In this document: piece after piece, positions 1-10,133 of the stretch
Position numbering within the stretch: the stretch's first letter is position 1
How the letters are laid out: each line of letters starts with the position of its first letter
Assembly (NCBI GenBank): GCA_963842945.1
Contig: CAWJIM010000024.1
Coordinates: 160,001-224,000, forward strand
Reading direction: 5' to 3'
Origin: an uncultured Gemmatimonadales bacterium
Lineage (GTDB): Bacteria; Gemmatimonadota; Gemmatimonadetes; Gemmatimonadales; GWC2-71-9
Length of the DNA stretch: 64,000 nt
Notes under the pieces: generated by a model
Databases searched by the model: none
What the model saw: the letters and a program-made list of their open reading frames with translations, nothing else
Told to the model about the DNA's origin: nothing
Made by a program: the position numbers and the translations under genes

Positions 1-304
1 GGAATGGGTCGGCGCGCTATACGCCCGATCCAGCGCGGCTCGAATCTCATCAACGGGTGAGTGGGCGTGCTTGCCCGCCCCGTGGTAGTGTCTCGGGCAT
101 GAGGTTCTCCGGTGTTGAAAGGCAGAAACTTGCTTCGAACCAGTGGGCGGGTGTGCTCTTTAAAAGGGTCGAAAAGGATGGTAGGTCAGAGATAGGGAGT
201 GGTGCCGCCGCAGGCAAGCACTACCTTAGTGCAGGGTGAGGTAGCGATGCTGCCCCTACTGAAGTTTGGGGTTTCTTACTTAACGATCTTAGACGGAATA
301 AACC

Positions 305-818
305 ATGCGCACCGGCACAACGACCCTCGTTATCCCCTTCATTTTCGCAGTCGCTGCATGCAGGAATTCCCGTGACACTACAGCGGTCCGCGACACAGCA
401 GGCGCTGAACGCGTTGGTAGCGTGGATAAACAAGCCGAGGAACAGAAGATACCGCGGCCTGGAACAGCGCTGGCGTGAGGCCCTCGCAGCCAAAGACAGC
501 ACGGCCGTGGGGCGATTCTATGCTGAGGGAGGATTCTACTTGCCGCAGGGTAGCAACGGCTACAACGGACCGGACCGCATCCGGAGCCGTTGGGCCCGCG
601 AGTTCAGCGGCAGGAAATTCGATCTGGAACGAGAGCCTAGAAAGGTGGAGGTGGCTGACGCTGGCGACATAGCCTACGAAGTGGGCGCCTACAAGGTGAG
701 CTGGGACAAGCCACAGAAGGGTCAGGGCGCGGGCAATTACGTCACGGTTTGGAAGAAGGAGAATGGGGAATGGAAGACCGCTGCCTATATCTGGAATCGC
801 GGCGAGGAACGGCCGTGA
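305..818 (+). CDS. DUF4440/SnoaL-like (NTF2 fold) lipoprotein, frameshifted near the N-terminus
   Basis: ATG at 305 gives MRTGTTTLVIPFIFAVAAC (lipobox-like). The frame then switches to ORF 372..818, which has the typical GDIAYEVGAY...GNYVTVWKKENGEWK signature. Confidence 0.75.
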
Positions 819-903
819 GTTCGGGTTCAGCAACAGCCTTCTGAGCCGAAAGCCTGCCCGGATATCACTAAGCGGGCGCTTATTTGTGGACCCAACTAGT
901 AGT

Positions 904-1392
904 TTAAAATGTGTTTAGATCGAACGCAGCCGCAGCCTCGCTCTGCCGCAGCGCGCGATCGGCCTGCCGCAAACGCATGAACGCCCGCACCGTGGCCACC
1001 AGCACGACCGGCTCGACCGGGTGAGTCAGATACCCATCGGCTCCGGATTCTAAACCGTAGGCGATGTCTTTGGTGCCGGTGTAGGTCGCCGAAATATGGA
1101 GAACCGGTATGGGCCGCAGCGCCGGATCCGCCTTGAGACGCTTGCACGCCTCATACCCATCCATGACCGGCATGTGAATGTCGAGGATGATCAGATCCAG
1201 ATCTTCCGTTGCGAGGGCCAGACCCGCTACGCCGTTGTCCGCCTCTCGGACGTCGAAGCCTTCCTTCTGAAGAATACGAACGATGGTGTACCGGTTGGCT
1301 TCGGTGTCGTCCACCACCAGGATCCTACCACTCGAGCCTGCGTCAATCAGGCATGTTGCTTGCGAGTCCGCACATACCCTGTCGGTTTCCAC
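904..1392 (-). pseudogene. Response-regulator receiver domain, probably the truncated N-terminus of a hybrid sensor kinase
   Basis: ILVVDD...LIILDIHMPVMDG...GADGYLTHP receiver motifs. Ends just after the 'ALRQSE' helix that normally leads into a PAS/kinase region. Confidence 0.65.
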
Positions 1393-1459
1393 TCAGGTCA
1401 GACATTGACGATCCTTGTACGGCGCCTATGAGTCTCTAACCCACACTAGGAGACTGAGC

Positions 1460-1693
1460 ATGCCTCTGATCCGCGCAACGCTGGTGGAGAATGCGATTAC
1501 CGCAGAGCAGAAGCAGGAGCTTATCAGCCGCATCACTGACGCCGTGGTATCGGTGTACGGCGAGAACATGCGGCAGATCACGTGGGTGCTGATCGACGAG
1601 ATTAAGAGTGGGCAGTTCGGCGCGGGTGGCCACGGGTATACTACCGAGGAAATCCAGACACTAATGGCAGCAGAACCAGCCTTAAAAGGCTGA
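1460..1693 (+). CDS. 4-oxalocrotonate tautomerase family protein
   Basis: AGGAGA RBS, then M-PLIRATLVENAITAEQKQELISRITDA (catalytic Pro-1) ... TWVLIDEI...FGAGG. Confidence 0.85.
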   Translation: MPLIRATLVENAITAEQKQELISRITDAVVSVYGENMRQITWVLIDEIKSGQFGAGGHGYTTEEIQTLMAAEPALKG

Positions 1694-2232
1694 GCCACGC
1701 CGTTGGAAGACGAGCCTCGGTCAAAGGACGGGCGACCCTCATATGTGTATCCGCAAGTTTCCTCAACAGGGAGGTGAGCTCACGTCGGGATGGCTAGGTA
1801 AGCCGAGGAATCGTTTTGGCTGTTGTTTTGGCGTTCTCGGCGCGTTGCTGGTTTTCGCAACTCGCGGTGCCTCGGCGGAGATGAATGGGAAGCTCGATGC
1901 AACGATTTCATACGACGGCAAGGATTTTGCCGCACCGAAAGCACGGTCCTCACGAAGGACAATTCCGTCATCAATACAAAGCTCGCCCATGACACGCCAT
2001 AAGGCCCTGGTAGACAAGCATTCCTATACGCGCGCATTTGGCGGAAGTATAGCACAATAGCGCCTAAGAGCGACGATGGCGAGGTGTTGGGAAGCTCTTC
2101 AGGCGGCTTCTGAGCAAGAGCGGAAGAACGCTACGCTGTGCCGTGTTGTCGAACGCTTGGCCTGTGAGAATCTGGCGTGGAACGCCCTTCATTAGATACA
2201 TCAATAGATACATCGGAGTTTGAAGAGCCGGC

Positions 2233-3271
2233 TTACCGAGCCGGCGCTCCTGGTACGCCGAGACCGACGCGAATCACTCCTGGTGCGGCTTCCGGGCGGT
2301 CTTCGGGAAAGATCCCACTGTTAACCACGTAGACGCTCTTGTGATCTAGCGGCCCCCTGCCGAACGCCAGGCTGGTGGGAAAGTCGAACCGATCTGCCTG
2401 GTCGGTCGAGGAGACGATGTTACCCGTCTTCGAATTCACCGCGGGCAGGGGAGAGATGCCTAGCACATTCGCCAGCGGCATGACTGCGTGGAGATTGCCG
2501 CGCACGTCGGCGGCCAGTCCATCAATCACCAGCAGCTCGAAACCCTGAGCGGCGATGTTCGGCTCTCCCGGCGCGCCGTCGGTCTCGATAGGAACCCGGG
2601 CAATCAGCGCCTGGTCGGTGTTCGCGACGAAGAGAGGTCTGGGGGGAACGAACGCAATGCCGTTGGCGCCCAGAGCCGGTGATGCGGCCAGCAAGTCGTG
2701 CCGGAGCCAGAGTGCTCCCAATCCCGAGCGGGGAAAGCGCCAAATGGTCCCGTCGACCGCGTCGGTCACGTAAAGGTGGCCGCGTGCGTCGAAGGTCAGG
2801 CCGTCCGGCAGGACCATGCCTTCCGATCCCGCCAGACGCTCGGCGCGACCGTTCGGATGGATTCGTCAGACCCCGTGGGTGTCCGGATGACCGGTCGGGA
2901 GCGCGGTGTAGAGATCACCCTTGCTGTCGAATACAAGGCCGAGTGGGCCGGGACAGGATGTCGTTGGCGAGACCGTGGTCCAGAGTTACGAACACGGAGA
3001 CGCTGCCATCGAGCGGATCCGAAGGATCTGAGCAGTCCTGGTCTCGCCCTCGAGCCGCCGGTTGCTCACGAAGATGGTGCCCTGATGATCGATGGCTATC
3101 CCCTCGAGCATATCAGTGACGGGGGTGAGTTGAACAACGCTCTCGACCTGGCCCGGCGCCAGCGCGCGGCCCGTGACGTAACTGGGGGTGTCGGTACGGG
3201 CTGAGGGAGTCACTGGCGCAGGCGGTGAGGGTCGCGGCGAGGGCACACCACACGAGAGCGAAGAAGCGCAT
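2233..3271 (-). CDS. SMP-30/gluconolactonase-like beta-propeller lipoprotein (frameshifted)
   Basis: GGAGGA RBS and MRFFALVWCALAATLTAC signal. Propeller repeats EGIAIDHQGTIFVS, PDGLTFDARGHLYVTD, GANGIAF and DGLAAD are spread over ORFs 2986..3246 and 2233..2817. Confidence 0.75.
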
Positions 3272-3456
3272 ACGTCCTCCGGAGGGGGTGAGGAACGTGT
3301 TGCTTACCGGCTTTCTGCTCCGGCTCTGTAAGGCGAGACGATAACGTACGGCTGGGTACCGGGACTTCAAGCAACCAGCAAGCCGACCTGCACTCAGCTG
3401 GACTAGGCTTGCCGTCTGCCGGCTGCCCTGCCTGGAGCAGCTCGCCAAGATCCGAC

Positions 3457-3915
3457 CTAGTTACCAGGTCCGAAGTGGGACACCAGCCACAAGTCCGGTT
3501 CCAACCGATGAACGGCGCACACTAATCGTCGAGCATCGCCCGACATCGACACAAACCCGAAGCGGCACGCGACCGGCAGATGCGCCACCACCTCCTGATG
3601 GCGACCGTCGGATTCATCCGCCAGACGACGGGCAATGAGCTCGGCAGCTGGTTGAAGAGGTAAATCCAACCATCCGTCCGCCAGAGCAATGGAATGTTGT
3701 CGCCATCTGGTGTCGGCACAGCGACCCATCTAGATGCAGCAATGCCAGTCCGCCAGATCCTGAATCGGATCGGTCGCACGATGGTGTTCGACCGCGACTA
3801 CCTGACTTCCATCGGGAGAGAGAACTGCGGCGGTCCAAAAGTTGATCGAGTCGGGGTGGACACAATGAAATTGGTGTGCGTCAAGACTTGCGAGATGCCA
3901 CGATTCTTGGTGCAA
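3457..3915 (-). pseudogene. Fragment of a TolB/WD40-like propeller C-terminus
   Basis: Pieces in three frames: VLSPDGSQVVAV, PLLWRTDGWIYL, and terminal LVCAVHRLEPDLWLVSHF. No N-terminus is evident. Confidence 0.4.
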
Positions 3916-4087
3916 TCATCGCGTTTTGGGAACACTCCAGCTTGCCCGATGGTCGATCAAACTGTGCGGTTTCTACTGCCTTGACAACCTCGGTACCACA
4001 CCGTAAGTGAACACTCGGCTCTCCAGTAAATCCGTCCACGCACGCACTCGCGAAGTATGCAGGTGACTCACCACGCAGGGGCCTTTC

Positions 4088-5432
4088 ATGCGCCTGGTCA
4101 TCCTACCACTAGCAGTCGGGATTTTCATCGGGTGCAGTGGTGACGATAGCGCGTAGGCCCTGCCGCGCTGCAGCTCGTCTTTACGGTTCAGCCGAGCGGA
4201 GTCATCTCGGGTCAGGCCATCTCGCCCGCGGTTCAGGTCTCAGTCGAAGATCCTTCCGGTCATGTGATCACGAGTGATGACTCCCCGATCACTCTCGAGC
4301 TCAAATCCGGCTCCGCTGGGGCAACGCTCAGTGGAACCACGACCGCCGCCGCTAACAACGGGGTGGCTACCTTCGGTGACATCAAGATCAATCAACCGGG
4401 TGCTGACTATACCTTGAGCGCCTCCGCCCCCCGCTCGGCAACCGGCACCAGCTCAGCCTTCGAGGTAACGCCAGCTTCGGGTGTTGCAACGACGGTGGTG
4501 CCAGTGACGGTGCAGAGCCAGAGCGGCGTGGTTGGCCAGCCGATCGGCATCTCTCCAGCCGTCAGAGTTACGGATGGTGCAGGGGGTCCAGTAGCAAACG
4601 TCACCGTCACGTTCGAAGTAATCCGAGGTGGAGGGAGTGTAAGCACAGAGCAGCAGATTACCGGGACGGACGGGACCGCCAGCCTCAGTGGGTGGACGCT
4701 CGGTACGGTGGCAGGCTCCAACGCGCTGCGCGCAACGGCACTCAGGCTGCAAGGTAGTCCGGTATTGTTCACCGCCGATGCGATCGCGGGTCCGGCGGCG
4801 AAGTTGCAGTTGGATAGTGGTGACGGGCAGATCACCGTTGTGGGAACCGCCGTGGCGGAAGCGCCAGCCGTTCGGGCCAGGGATATTACCGGCAACCCTG
4901 TGATGCAGGTGCCGGTGAGCTTTCACGTCGGCTCGGAGGGGGAAACCTGGCGGGAGGAGTGCAGACGACCGACAGGGACGGGATCGCTCGGGTTGAGAGC
5001 TGGACCGTCGGAGCTCGGCCGGGGCCAAATACCCTTACCGGAAGTTCCGCCACTCGAGGGGTCACCTGTCAGTTTCAGTGCAACCGCGGCATCGGGTGCA
5101 GTAGTGGAAGTACGGAATAACTATTTCCGCAGTCTACAGAACGGCAGTGGTTCTCCCGTTGTCGAGGGTGGCGACATGTTCGGCAAGCCAGCCGTGGATA
5201 TCATCAGGCAGGGGGAGACTGTGACTTGGGTGTGGGTAGGCCACTCTCACAATGTTTCCCCGTTAATCCCTTCGACTACGACAACGAGCCGAGCGGCACC
5301 CACGACGCTCCCCACACCTTCTCGGTCACGTTTAAGTCTCCAGGCAGTTATAACTATTTGTGCACCAATCACAGTTTCGTATTGTAGGCCCTTGACCTTG
5401 CTGGCATGCGGGGCAGCATCGTGATACGCTAA
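4088..5432 (+). CDS. Ig-like (Big) repeat lipoprotein with C-terminal cupredoxin domain (frameshifted, possibly pseudogene)
   Basis: MRLVILPLAVGIFIGC signal; Big-type repeats (PAVRVTDGAGGPVANVTVTFEV; WTLGTVAGSNALRA); C-terminal GETVTWVW.GHSHNV ... GSYNYLCTNH ... GMRGSIVIR (type-1 Cu ligands H, C, H, M across frames). Confidence 0.7.
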
Positions 5433-5545
5433 AAAGCAACCCACTCATCCAGATGAGCGGCAGGGCCACTAAATAGCCTTCTCCCCACCGACTTAGCCGG
5501 TGGCCATGTTCTCTGAAGTTGTTTAATGGAAGTTACTTCGGTGAA

Positions 5546-5618
5546 TGGAGCGGACCGGGATCGAACCGGCGACCCCCTGCTTGCAAAGCAGGTGCTCTCC
5601 CAGCTGAGCTACCGCCCC
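5546..5618 (-). tRNA. tRNA-Ala (anticodon TGC), CCA end not encoded
   Basis: Reverse complement GGGGCGGTAGCTCAGCTGGGAGAGCACCTGCTTTGCAAGCAGGGGGTCGCCGGTTCGATCCCGGTCCGCTCCA: canonical cloverleaf, G3:U70 pair, TTCGA T-loop. Confidence 0.97.
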
Positions 5619-5668
5619 GATAGTACGATCGAGCCTAGAAGTTAGCCGCCACCGCACCGCTTCCCAAG

Positions 5669-6610
5669 CTACGACGCCACACGCAGCCGGAGTCCGGTAC
5701 CCCAGGGATCCCGGGTCACCAGATCCTCCTCCTCCCGCTCTGCGGCAAATCCTGCGCCCCTGAGGCTGGCCCCCGCCGCGGACAGGTCGGCCGGATCCGG
5801 CAGCTCGATGGTCCACTCGAGGAGCTGAGCGTCATCCGGGGCGGCAGGTGTGGCTCCGGCTCCCGCCCAGGTGTTGGTACCGAGATGATGGTGATAGCCT
5901 CCGCCGGCGAGGAACAGCGCGCCGGGGTAGTGCCAGACCATCCGATCGAAGCCCAGCCCCTCCGAGTAGAAGGCAGCAGCCCGCTCCAGGTTGCCCACGT
6001 GCAGGTGCAGGTGTCCCATCGTGGTGCCGGCCGGCATGCCGCTCCACCGTTCCTCTCCCGCTGCCTCGATCAACCCGGCAAAGTCCACCGGGTCCGTCGC
6101 CATCATCAGCTCCCGGCCAATGCGCCGCCAGGTGCTCCGCGGCCGGTCGGCGTAGACCTCGATCCCCAGATTGTCCGGATCCTGGAGATACAAGGATTCG
6201 CTCACCAGATGGTCGCCGGCACCGGCCTGGGCATTGATCTCACCCAGGTGACGAACGAATCGGCCCAGCGACGGGCGGTCCGGCAGCAGAATGGCAAAGT
6301 GATAGAGACCGAGTGCGCCCCGCTTCGGTATCGCACGCGCACCCCTTCGGGCCCGGAGATGCACCAGCGGAATCTCACTTTCGTGCGGAGCCAGAGACGC
6401 CTCGGTGGTGTCCCGGTCCAGCGGCCGGAGGCCGAGCACATCCTGGTAGAAGGCTAGCGATCGGGCAAGATCGCTTACCTGCAGCCTGACGGGTCCGAGG
6501 CGGACCTGTTCCGGCAGACGAAATCCGCTGGGCGGCTCTCCATAGGTTCCCGGCGTTGCCGGCGCAGCGGTGTCAGCCTGGCCGAAGATGTCTTGTGTGG
6601 TGGCTCCCAT
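5669..6610 (-). CDS. VOC-family protein, CatE-like (catechol 2,3-dioxygenase/glyoxalase)
   Basis: LGPVRLQVSDLARSLAFY, GLYHFAILLP, DHLVSESLYLQDPDNLGIEVYADRP, MGHLHLHV, GGYHHHLGTNTW. Confidence 0.88.
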   Translation of the reverse strand: MGATTQDIFGQADTAAPATPGTYGEPPSGFRLPEQVRLGPVRLQVSDLARSLAFYQDVLGLRPLDRDTTEASLAPHESEIPLVHLRARRGARAIPKRGALGLYHFAILLPDRPSLGRFVRHLGEINAQAGAGDHLVSESLYLQDPDNLGIEVYADRPRSTWRRIGRELMMATDPVDFAGLIEAAGEERWSGMPAGTTMGHLHLHVGNLERAAAFYSEGLGFDRMVWHYPGALFLAGGGYHHHLGTNTWAGAGATPAAPDDAQLLEWTIELPDPADLSAAGASLRGAGFAAEREEEDLVTRDPWGTGLRLRVAS

Positions 6611-6754
6611 CGGTTCCTCGCTCGCCTGGGTTCTGCTCGCAATGTCGGCCCCGGTTGGTGCGGTGGCAAGACTAATGACCAAACGGCCCCTGCTCTCAGC
6701 GATCGAGAACAGGGGCCGAAGGATTTTGGGTTGGGCCGCGAATGCGGCCGGCTG

Positions 6755-8077
6755 CTACTTGGGCGTGGCGTGGAGCCCGATAACCAGGTCGGTGAAGTCC
6801 GGCTCGCCCGGCTCACCCGACTCGGATCCATCCTCGAAGTGCATGGTCCAGTCCGGGAAAGTCCCCTCGAAGGTAGCGGCGGGGGTCACCAGCGTCGGGT
6901 GTTCGCTGGTGGCAAAGCCCTGGGCGAACCGGACGATGACCTGCGAGCCGGCCTCATAAACGATCAGCTCGTCCAGCGGACCGCCGAAGATGCCGATCGA
7001 GTTGCCCACCGCCTTGGAGCAGATGTCCAGGAACATCTGATCGCCGATCGGCGGCGGGGTCACGAACCGCTGTCCGGGGATGTCGCAGTTGAGGCCCAGG
7101 ATCGTGACCTTCATGGTGGACGCGACCGGGACGTTAAAGGCGCAGTCTATGAGATTTCGTGCCGGGTTCCCCTGGACCTTGTTGACGCAGCCCTCGGCGC
7201 CGGGCGGCGGCGGGGCCACGGAAACGGTCTGGGTTGTCGAGGCGGTAGCGCCCTCGTTATCCGTGACCGTAAGAGTCACGTCGAAGCTCTGGGGAGCGGT
7301 AATCACATAGACGTGCAGCGTATTGGCCAAGTTCGAGGTGCCGGCGTCACCGAAGTCCCAGGCATACGTCGTGATGGTGCCCGGGGCTGCGTCGGTGCTG
7401 GTGCTGGTGAAGCTGCAGTTGGCTCCATTGCAATTGAAGGTGAAGCTCGCCGTCGGCGGGGTGTTGACCCCAGGAGCAGCGATGGTGATGGTCTGGGTCT
7501 TGGTGTTGCTATTTCCGTCGGCGTCACCCACCGTCAGACTGACGTTGTAGTCGCCCGGGGCGGTATAGGTGAACGCGGCGTTGGCCGTGGTCGCGTCGGG
7601 AGTGGCGTCGCCGTTGAAGTCCCAGCTCCATGTGGTGACCGCGACATCGTCGGTGCTGCTGCTGACGAAGTCGCAGGCCACGTTGATGACGCAGGCCGGC
7701 AGCGCGAAATCGGCCACCGGCGCGCCACCGGCGACGACGGTGACGGTGGTGGTGACGTTATCGCTCAGGCCCCCGGCATCCCGGACAGTAAGGGTGACGG
7801 CGTAATCCCCGGCAGCGGCAAAGGTGTAGGAGGCCGTTGCCGTAGTAGCATCAGCGGTGCCGTCGCCATTGAAATCCCAGCTCCACTCGGTCACCGCGAC
7901 ATCATCGGTGCTGGTGCTGGTGAAGCTGCAGGCCGCGCCCGCCACGCAGGAGGGTATCGCGAAGCTGGCGTTAGGCGCCGCGTTGTCCGGTGGGGTGGTG
8001 CTGCCGCCGTCATCACTACAGGCTGAGGCCAGCACCAGCATTCCGGCTACGGCAGCACGCAGAGCGATCGATCGCAT
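6755..8077 (-). CDS. PKD-domain lipoprotein (three PKD repeats)
   Basis: MRSIALRAAVAGMLVLASAC lipobox; repeated WSWDFNGDG/YAWDFGD and GDYAVTLTVRD motifs. Confidence 0.85.
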   Translation of the reverse strand: MRSIALRAAVAGMLVLASACSDDGGSTTPPDNAAPNASFAIPSCVAGAACSFTSTSTDDVAVTEWSWDFNGDGTADATTATASYTFAAAGDYAVTLTVRDAGGLSDNVTTTVTVVAGGAPVADFALPACVINVACDFVSSSTDDVAVTTWSWDFNGDATPDATTANAAFTYTAPGDYNVSLTVGDADGNSNTKTQTITIAAPGVNTPPTASFTFNCNGANCSFTSTSTDAAPGTITTYAWDFGDAGTSNLANTLHVYVITAPQSFDVTLTVTDNEGATASTTQTVSVAPPPPGAEGCVNKVQGNPARNLIDCAFNVPVASTMKVTILGLNCDIPGQRFVTPPPIGDQMFLDICSKAVGNSIGIFGGPLDELIVYEAGSQVIVRFAQGFATSEHPTLVTPAATFEGTFPDWTMHFEDGSESGEPGEPDFTDLVIGLHATPK

Positions 8078-8317
8078 AGAGTTTTCCCAACCGAAGTTGC
8101 GCAAGAATTGTGAGTCAAGAATTGTAGGTCTGGAGTCCCGCCCGCATGAGCCAGAGCCGTGCCAGCGTCCGCCATCAGTTTGCCGGCTCCGGCTCTTTCG
8201 CGCAACAACTGATGGCACAAGAACCTAGCAGCTGATTCAGCGGAGCAGCATCCCTGTGCGCCTGACCCACACCTGTTGCGGGTCCGAGCGTGATTCCCAC
8301 AGGCCCGGTAGCTCCCG

Positions 8318-8911
8318 TCAGACCGGAGCCGGCTTCCGGCTGTCCCGCTTGTTCCACCCGTGGAAGGGCGACAGGTCTCCGGCGTCCCAGGCCGCGCGCA
8401 GGCCAGGCGCGCTCAGGTCCCAGTCCGGGCGGATCTCGCTCGACACCTCCCGCAGGTCGTGCCAGAGGTCGACTACCGAGGGGCGGCCCCAGAACCAGTA
8501 GCCGTTGTAGATCCGGTGGATCACCAGCCCGGGCTTGAGCACCAGGGTGTGCGGGATCATCGGATTGTTCTCGGGATCCGTGTACTCCTGGATGTCCAGG
8601 TCCCGCTGGACCATCCGCTCCGGGTCGGAGAGGAAGGTCCACTGGGCGCCGACCGATGCCCGGAACTCCTGGAGGGTGTGGTGGTCGTCCGTCGCGATCG
8701 TCACGATCTGGGTGTAGGCCACGGCGATCTTGGGGTAGAACGCGGCCAGCTCCAGATGCTGCTGGTGCTCCTTGGGGCAGTAGTGACCGCGGGCGAGGGT
8801 GAGGATCAGCGGGTCCTCGCCCTGGAGCTGGCTCAGCCGCCGGGGCGTACTGGTATGATCGGGCAGCTCGTAGTCCGGAAAGGTGGCTCCGGGCACCATG
8901 TCAGATCGCAT
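8318..8911 (-). CDS. Redoxin (AhpC/TSA, peroxiredoxin-like) domain protein
   Basis: PGATFPDYELPD, LARGHYCPKE, WTFLSDPER, YNGYWFWGRPS. Confidence 0.8.
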   Translation of the reverse strand: MRSDMVPGATFPDYELPDHTSTPRRLSQLQGEDPLILTLARGHYCPKEHQQHLELAAFYPKIAVAYTQIVTIATDDHHTLQEFRASVGAQWTFLSDPERMVQRDLDIQEYTDPENNPMIPHTLVLKPGLVIHRIYNGYWFWGRPSVVDLWHDLREVSSEIRPDWDLSAPGLRAAWDAGDLSPFHGWNKRDSRKPAPV

Positions 8912-8959
8912 TGCTCGACTCCTTCACTCAGAGCATTCCGCAGCTGGCTCAGTTATTTC

Positions 8960-9100
8960 GGCGCTGGTGCTGCTCCTCCGGGGCGCTGTAGCACTCGTCG
9001 GTCGGAGCCCGGGGATTCCTGGCAGTCTGAAGAAACCCAACGTCCGACCCCGGTCTCCTCCCCTCGTGCTAACGCGCCCCTCCGGAGCAGTCACCATCGC
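8960..9100 (-). repeat. Structured ~140-bp hairpin element, copy 1
   Basis: Imperfect inverted repeat. Core arms (minus strand) GGGCGCGTTAGCACGAGGGGAGGAGACCGGGG / CCCCGGGCTCCGACCGACGAGTGCTACAGCGCCC surround a 33-nt loop. Confidence 0.8.
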
Positions 9101-9163
9101 CGGATACTCATAACAGTACTTCAAATCGTGGTCGGCTACCCTGTCTCTGTTAGACGTCGTCCT

Positions 9164-9306
9164 GCGAGTGGCGATGGGCCGCGCAGGGCGCGTTAGCACG
9201 CGGGGAGGAGACCGGGGCTGTGTCCCTCGAAAGCAGTACGCATTTCATCCGCCCCGGGCTCCGACCTACGCGTGCTACAGCGCCCGGAGTGGCCCTCGCC
9301 ACTCGC
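9164..9306 (+). repeat. Structured ~140-bp hairpin element, copy 2 (inverted relative to copy 1)
   Basis: Core arms GGGCGCGTTAGCACGCGGGGAGGAGACCGGGG / CCCCGGGCTCCGACCTACGCGTGCTACAGCGCCC surround a different 34-nt loop. Outer stem GCGAGTGGCGA/TCGCCACTCGC. Confidence 0.8.
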
Positions 9307-9358
9307 TCACACCCGATGTGCTGCGACCGGCCTGGAATCCGTGCAGGCCTACAGTCGC

Positions 9359-10012
9359 TCAAACGGGCAGTTCGGTGCCGGCCTGCTCCGCTACCATGTA
9401 CGTGGCGTACCACGTCGGCCAGTCTGCGTCCCGCTGTCCGGTACGCTTCTCGTGCTCCCCGTGGGCGGCCTCCGCCCGCCGAAACGCGCTCGCCAGATCG
9501 CTCACCGAACCGAACGCCGTCTCCGCAGCGTCGATCCGACCCGGGAATCGGGTGGTGACCTCCTGCAGCACCCAGCCATTGCCGTCCGGGTCCTTGAACG
9601 TGGCGTACGAGCCGTAGCTCTGGTGATCGGGCGCGATGCCGCTGACCTGTCCCCCGAACGGGGCCGGACTGGCAGCGTAATGGAATACCTCGCTCACTTC
9701 GGCGCCGCGCCGCACCAGCTCGTCGCGCGCACCCTCGATGTCGGATACGACCAGGAACAATCCCTGGGCGGACCCAGGCTTGCCGTTCTTTCCGAAGTGA
9801 ATCGAGCACGGGGAGCCCGGGGGCGTGAATTGGATCGCACGGTCATTTCCGCTCCTGAAGTCGGCATCAAGCCGCCAGCCGAGCCCTCCATAAAACTCCT
9901 TCGAGCGGTCGAAATCCGAGACCGGGATGGTGATCACCTCGAGCTTGAGGTCGACCTGACCCACCTGAGCTCCGGTGGTCGAGTCCTCACGGCGGGTTGC
10001 GGTAGTGCTCAT
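9359..10012 (-). CDS. VOC family (glyoxalase/bleomycin resistance) protein
   Basis: LKLEVITIPVSDFDRSKEFY, QFTPPGSPCSIHFG, SYATFKDPDGNGWVLQE. Confidence 0.85.
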   Translation of the reverse strand: MSTTATRREDSTTGAQVGQVDLKLEVITIPVSDFDRSKEFYGGLGWRLDADFRSGNDRAIQFTPPGSPCSIHFGKNGKPGSAQGLFLVVSDIEGARDELVRRGAEVSEVFHYAASPAPFGGQVSGIAPDHQSYGSYATFKDPDGNGWVLQEVTTRFPGRIDAAETAFGSVSDLASAFRRAEAAHGEHEKRTGQRDADWPTWYATYMVAEQAGTELPV

Positions 10013-10133
10013 AGTGCCTCCTGGGGCCGATCGGTATCTGTGCACCTCTACGAGAGAGAGAACCGCTGATTCGCCATCGATAACTCCGTTGCAATCCGGG
10101 CGACATTAGACCTAGGTATTGATGCCGAGAATG

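Noticed and set aside
1743..2060. 105-aa ORF, and 62432..62686 84-aa ORF
   Set aside because: No recognisable motifs; possibly remnants. The latter runs into the attC site.
5641..5653. GCGGCTAAC attC-like half-site after the catE-like gene (and CTTAGACGG near 287)
   Set aside because: Isolated short matches without partner boxes.
7200..7990. Internal DNA repeats in the PKD gene
   Set aside because: Explained by tandem PKD protein domains.
9066..9199. attC formed by GTGCTAAC...GTTAGCAC between the two hairpin copies
   Set aside because: The complementarity follows simply from the inverted duplication and lacks the R/L box spacing with an unpaired central spacer.
8960..9306. CRISPR array interpretation of the hairpins with 33-34-nt loops
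   Set aside because: Only two units, inverted rather than direct repeats, and no cas genes.
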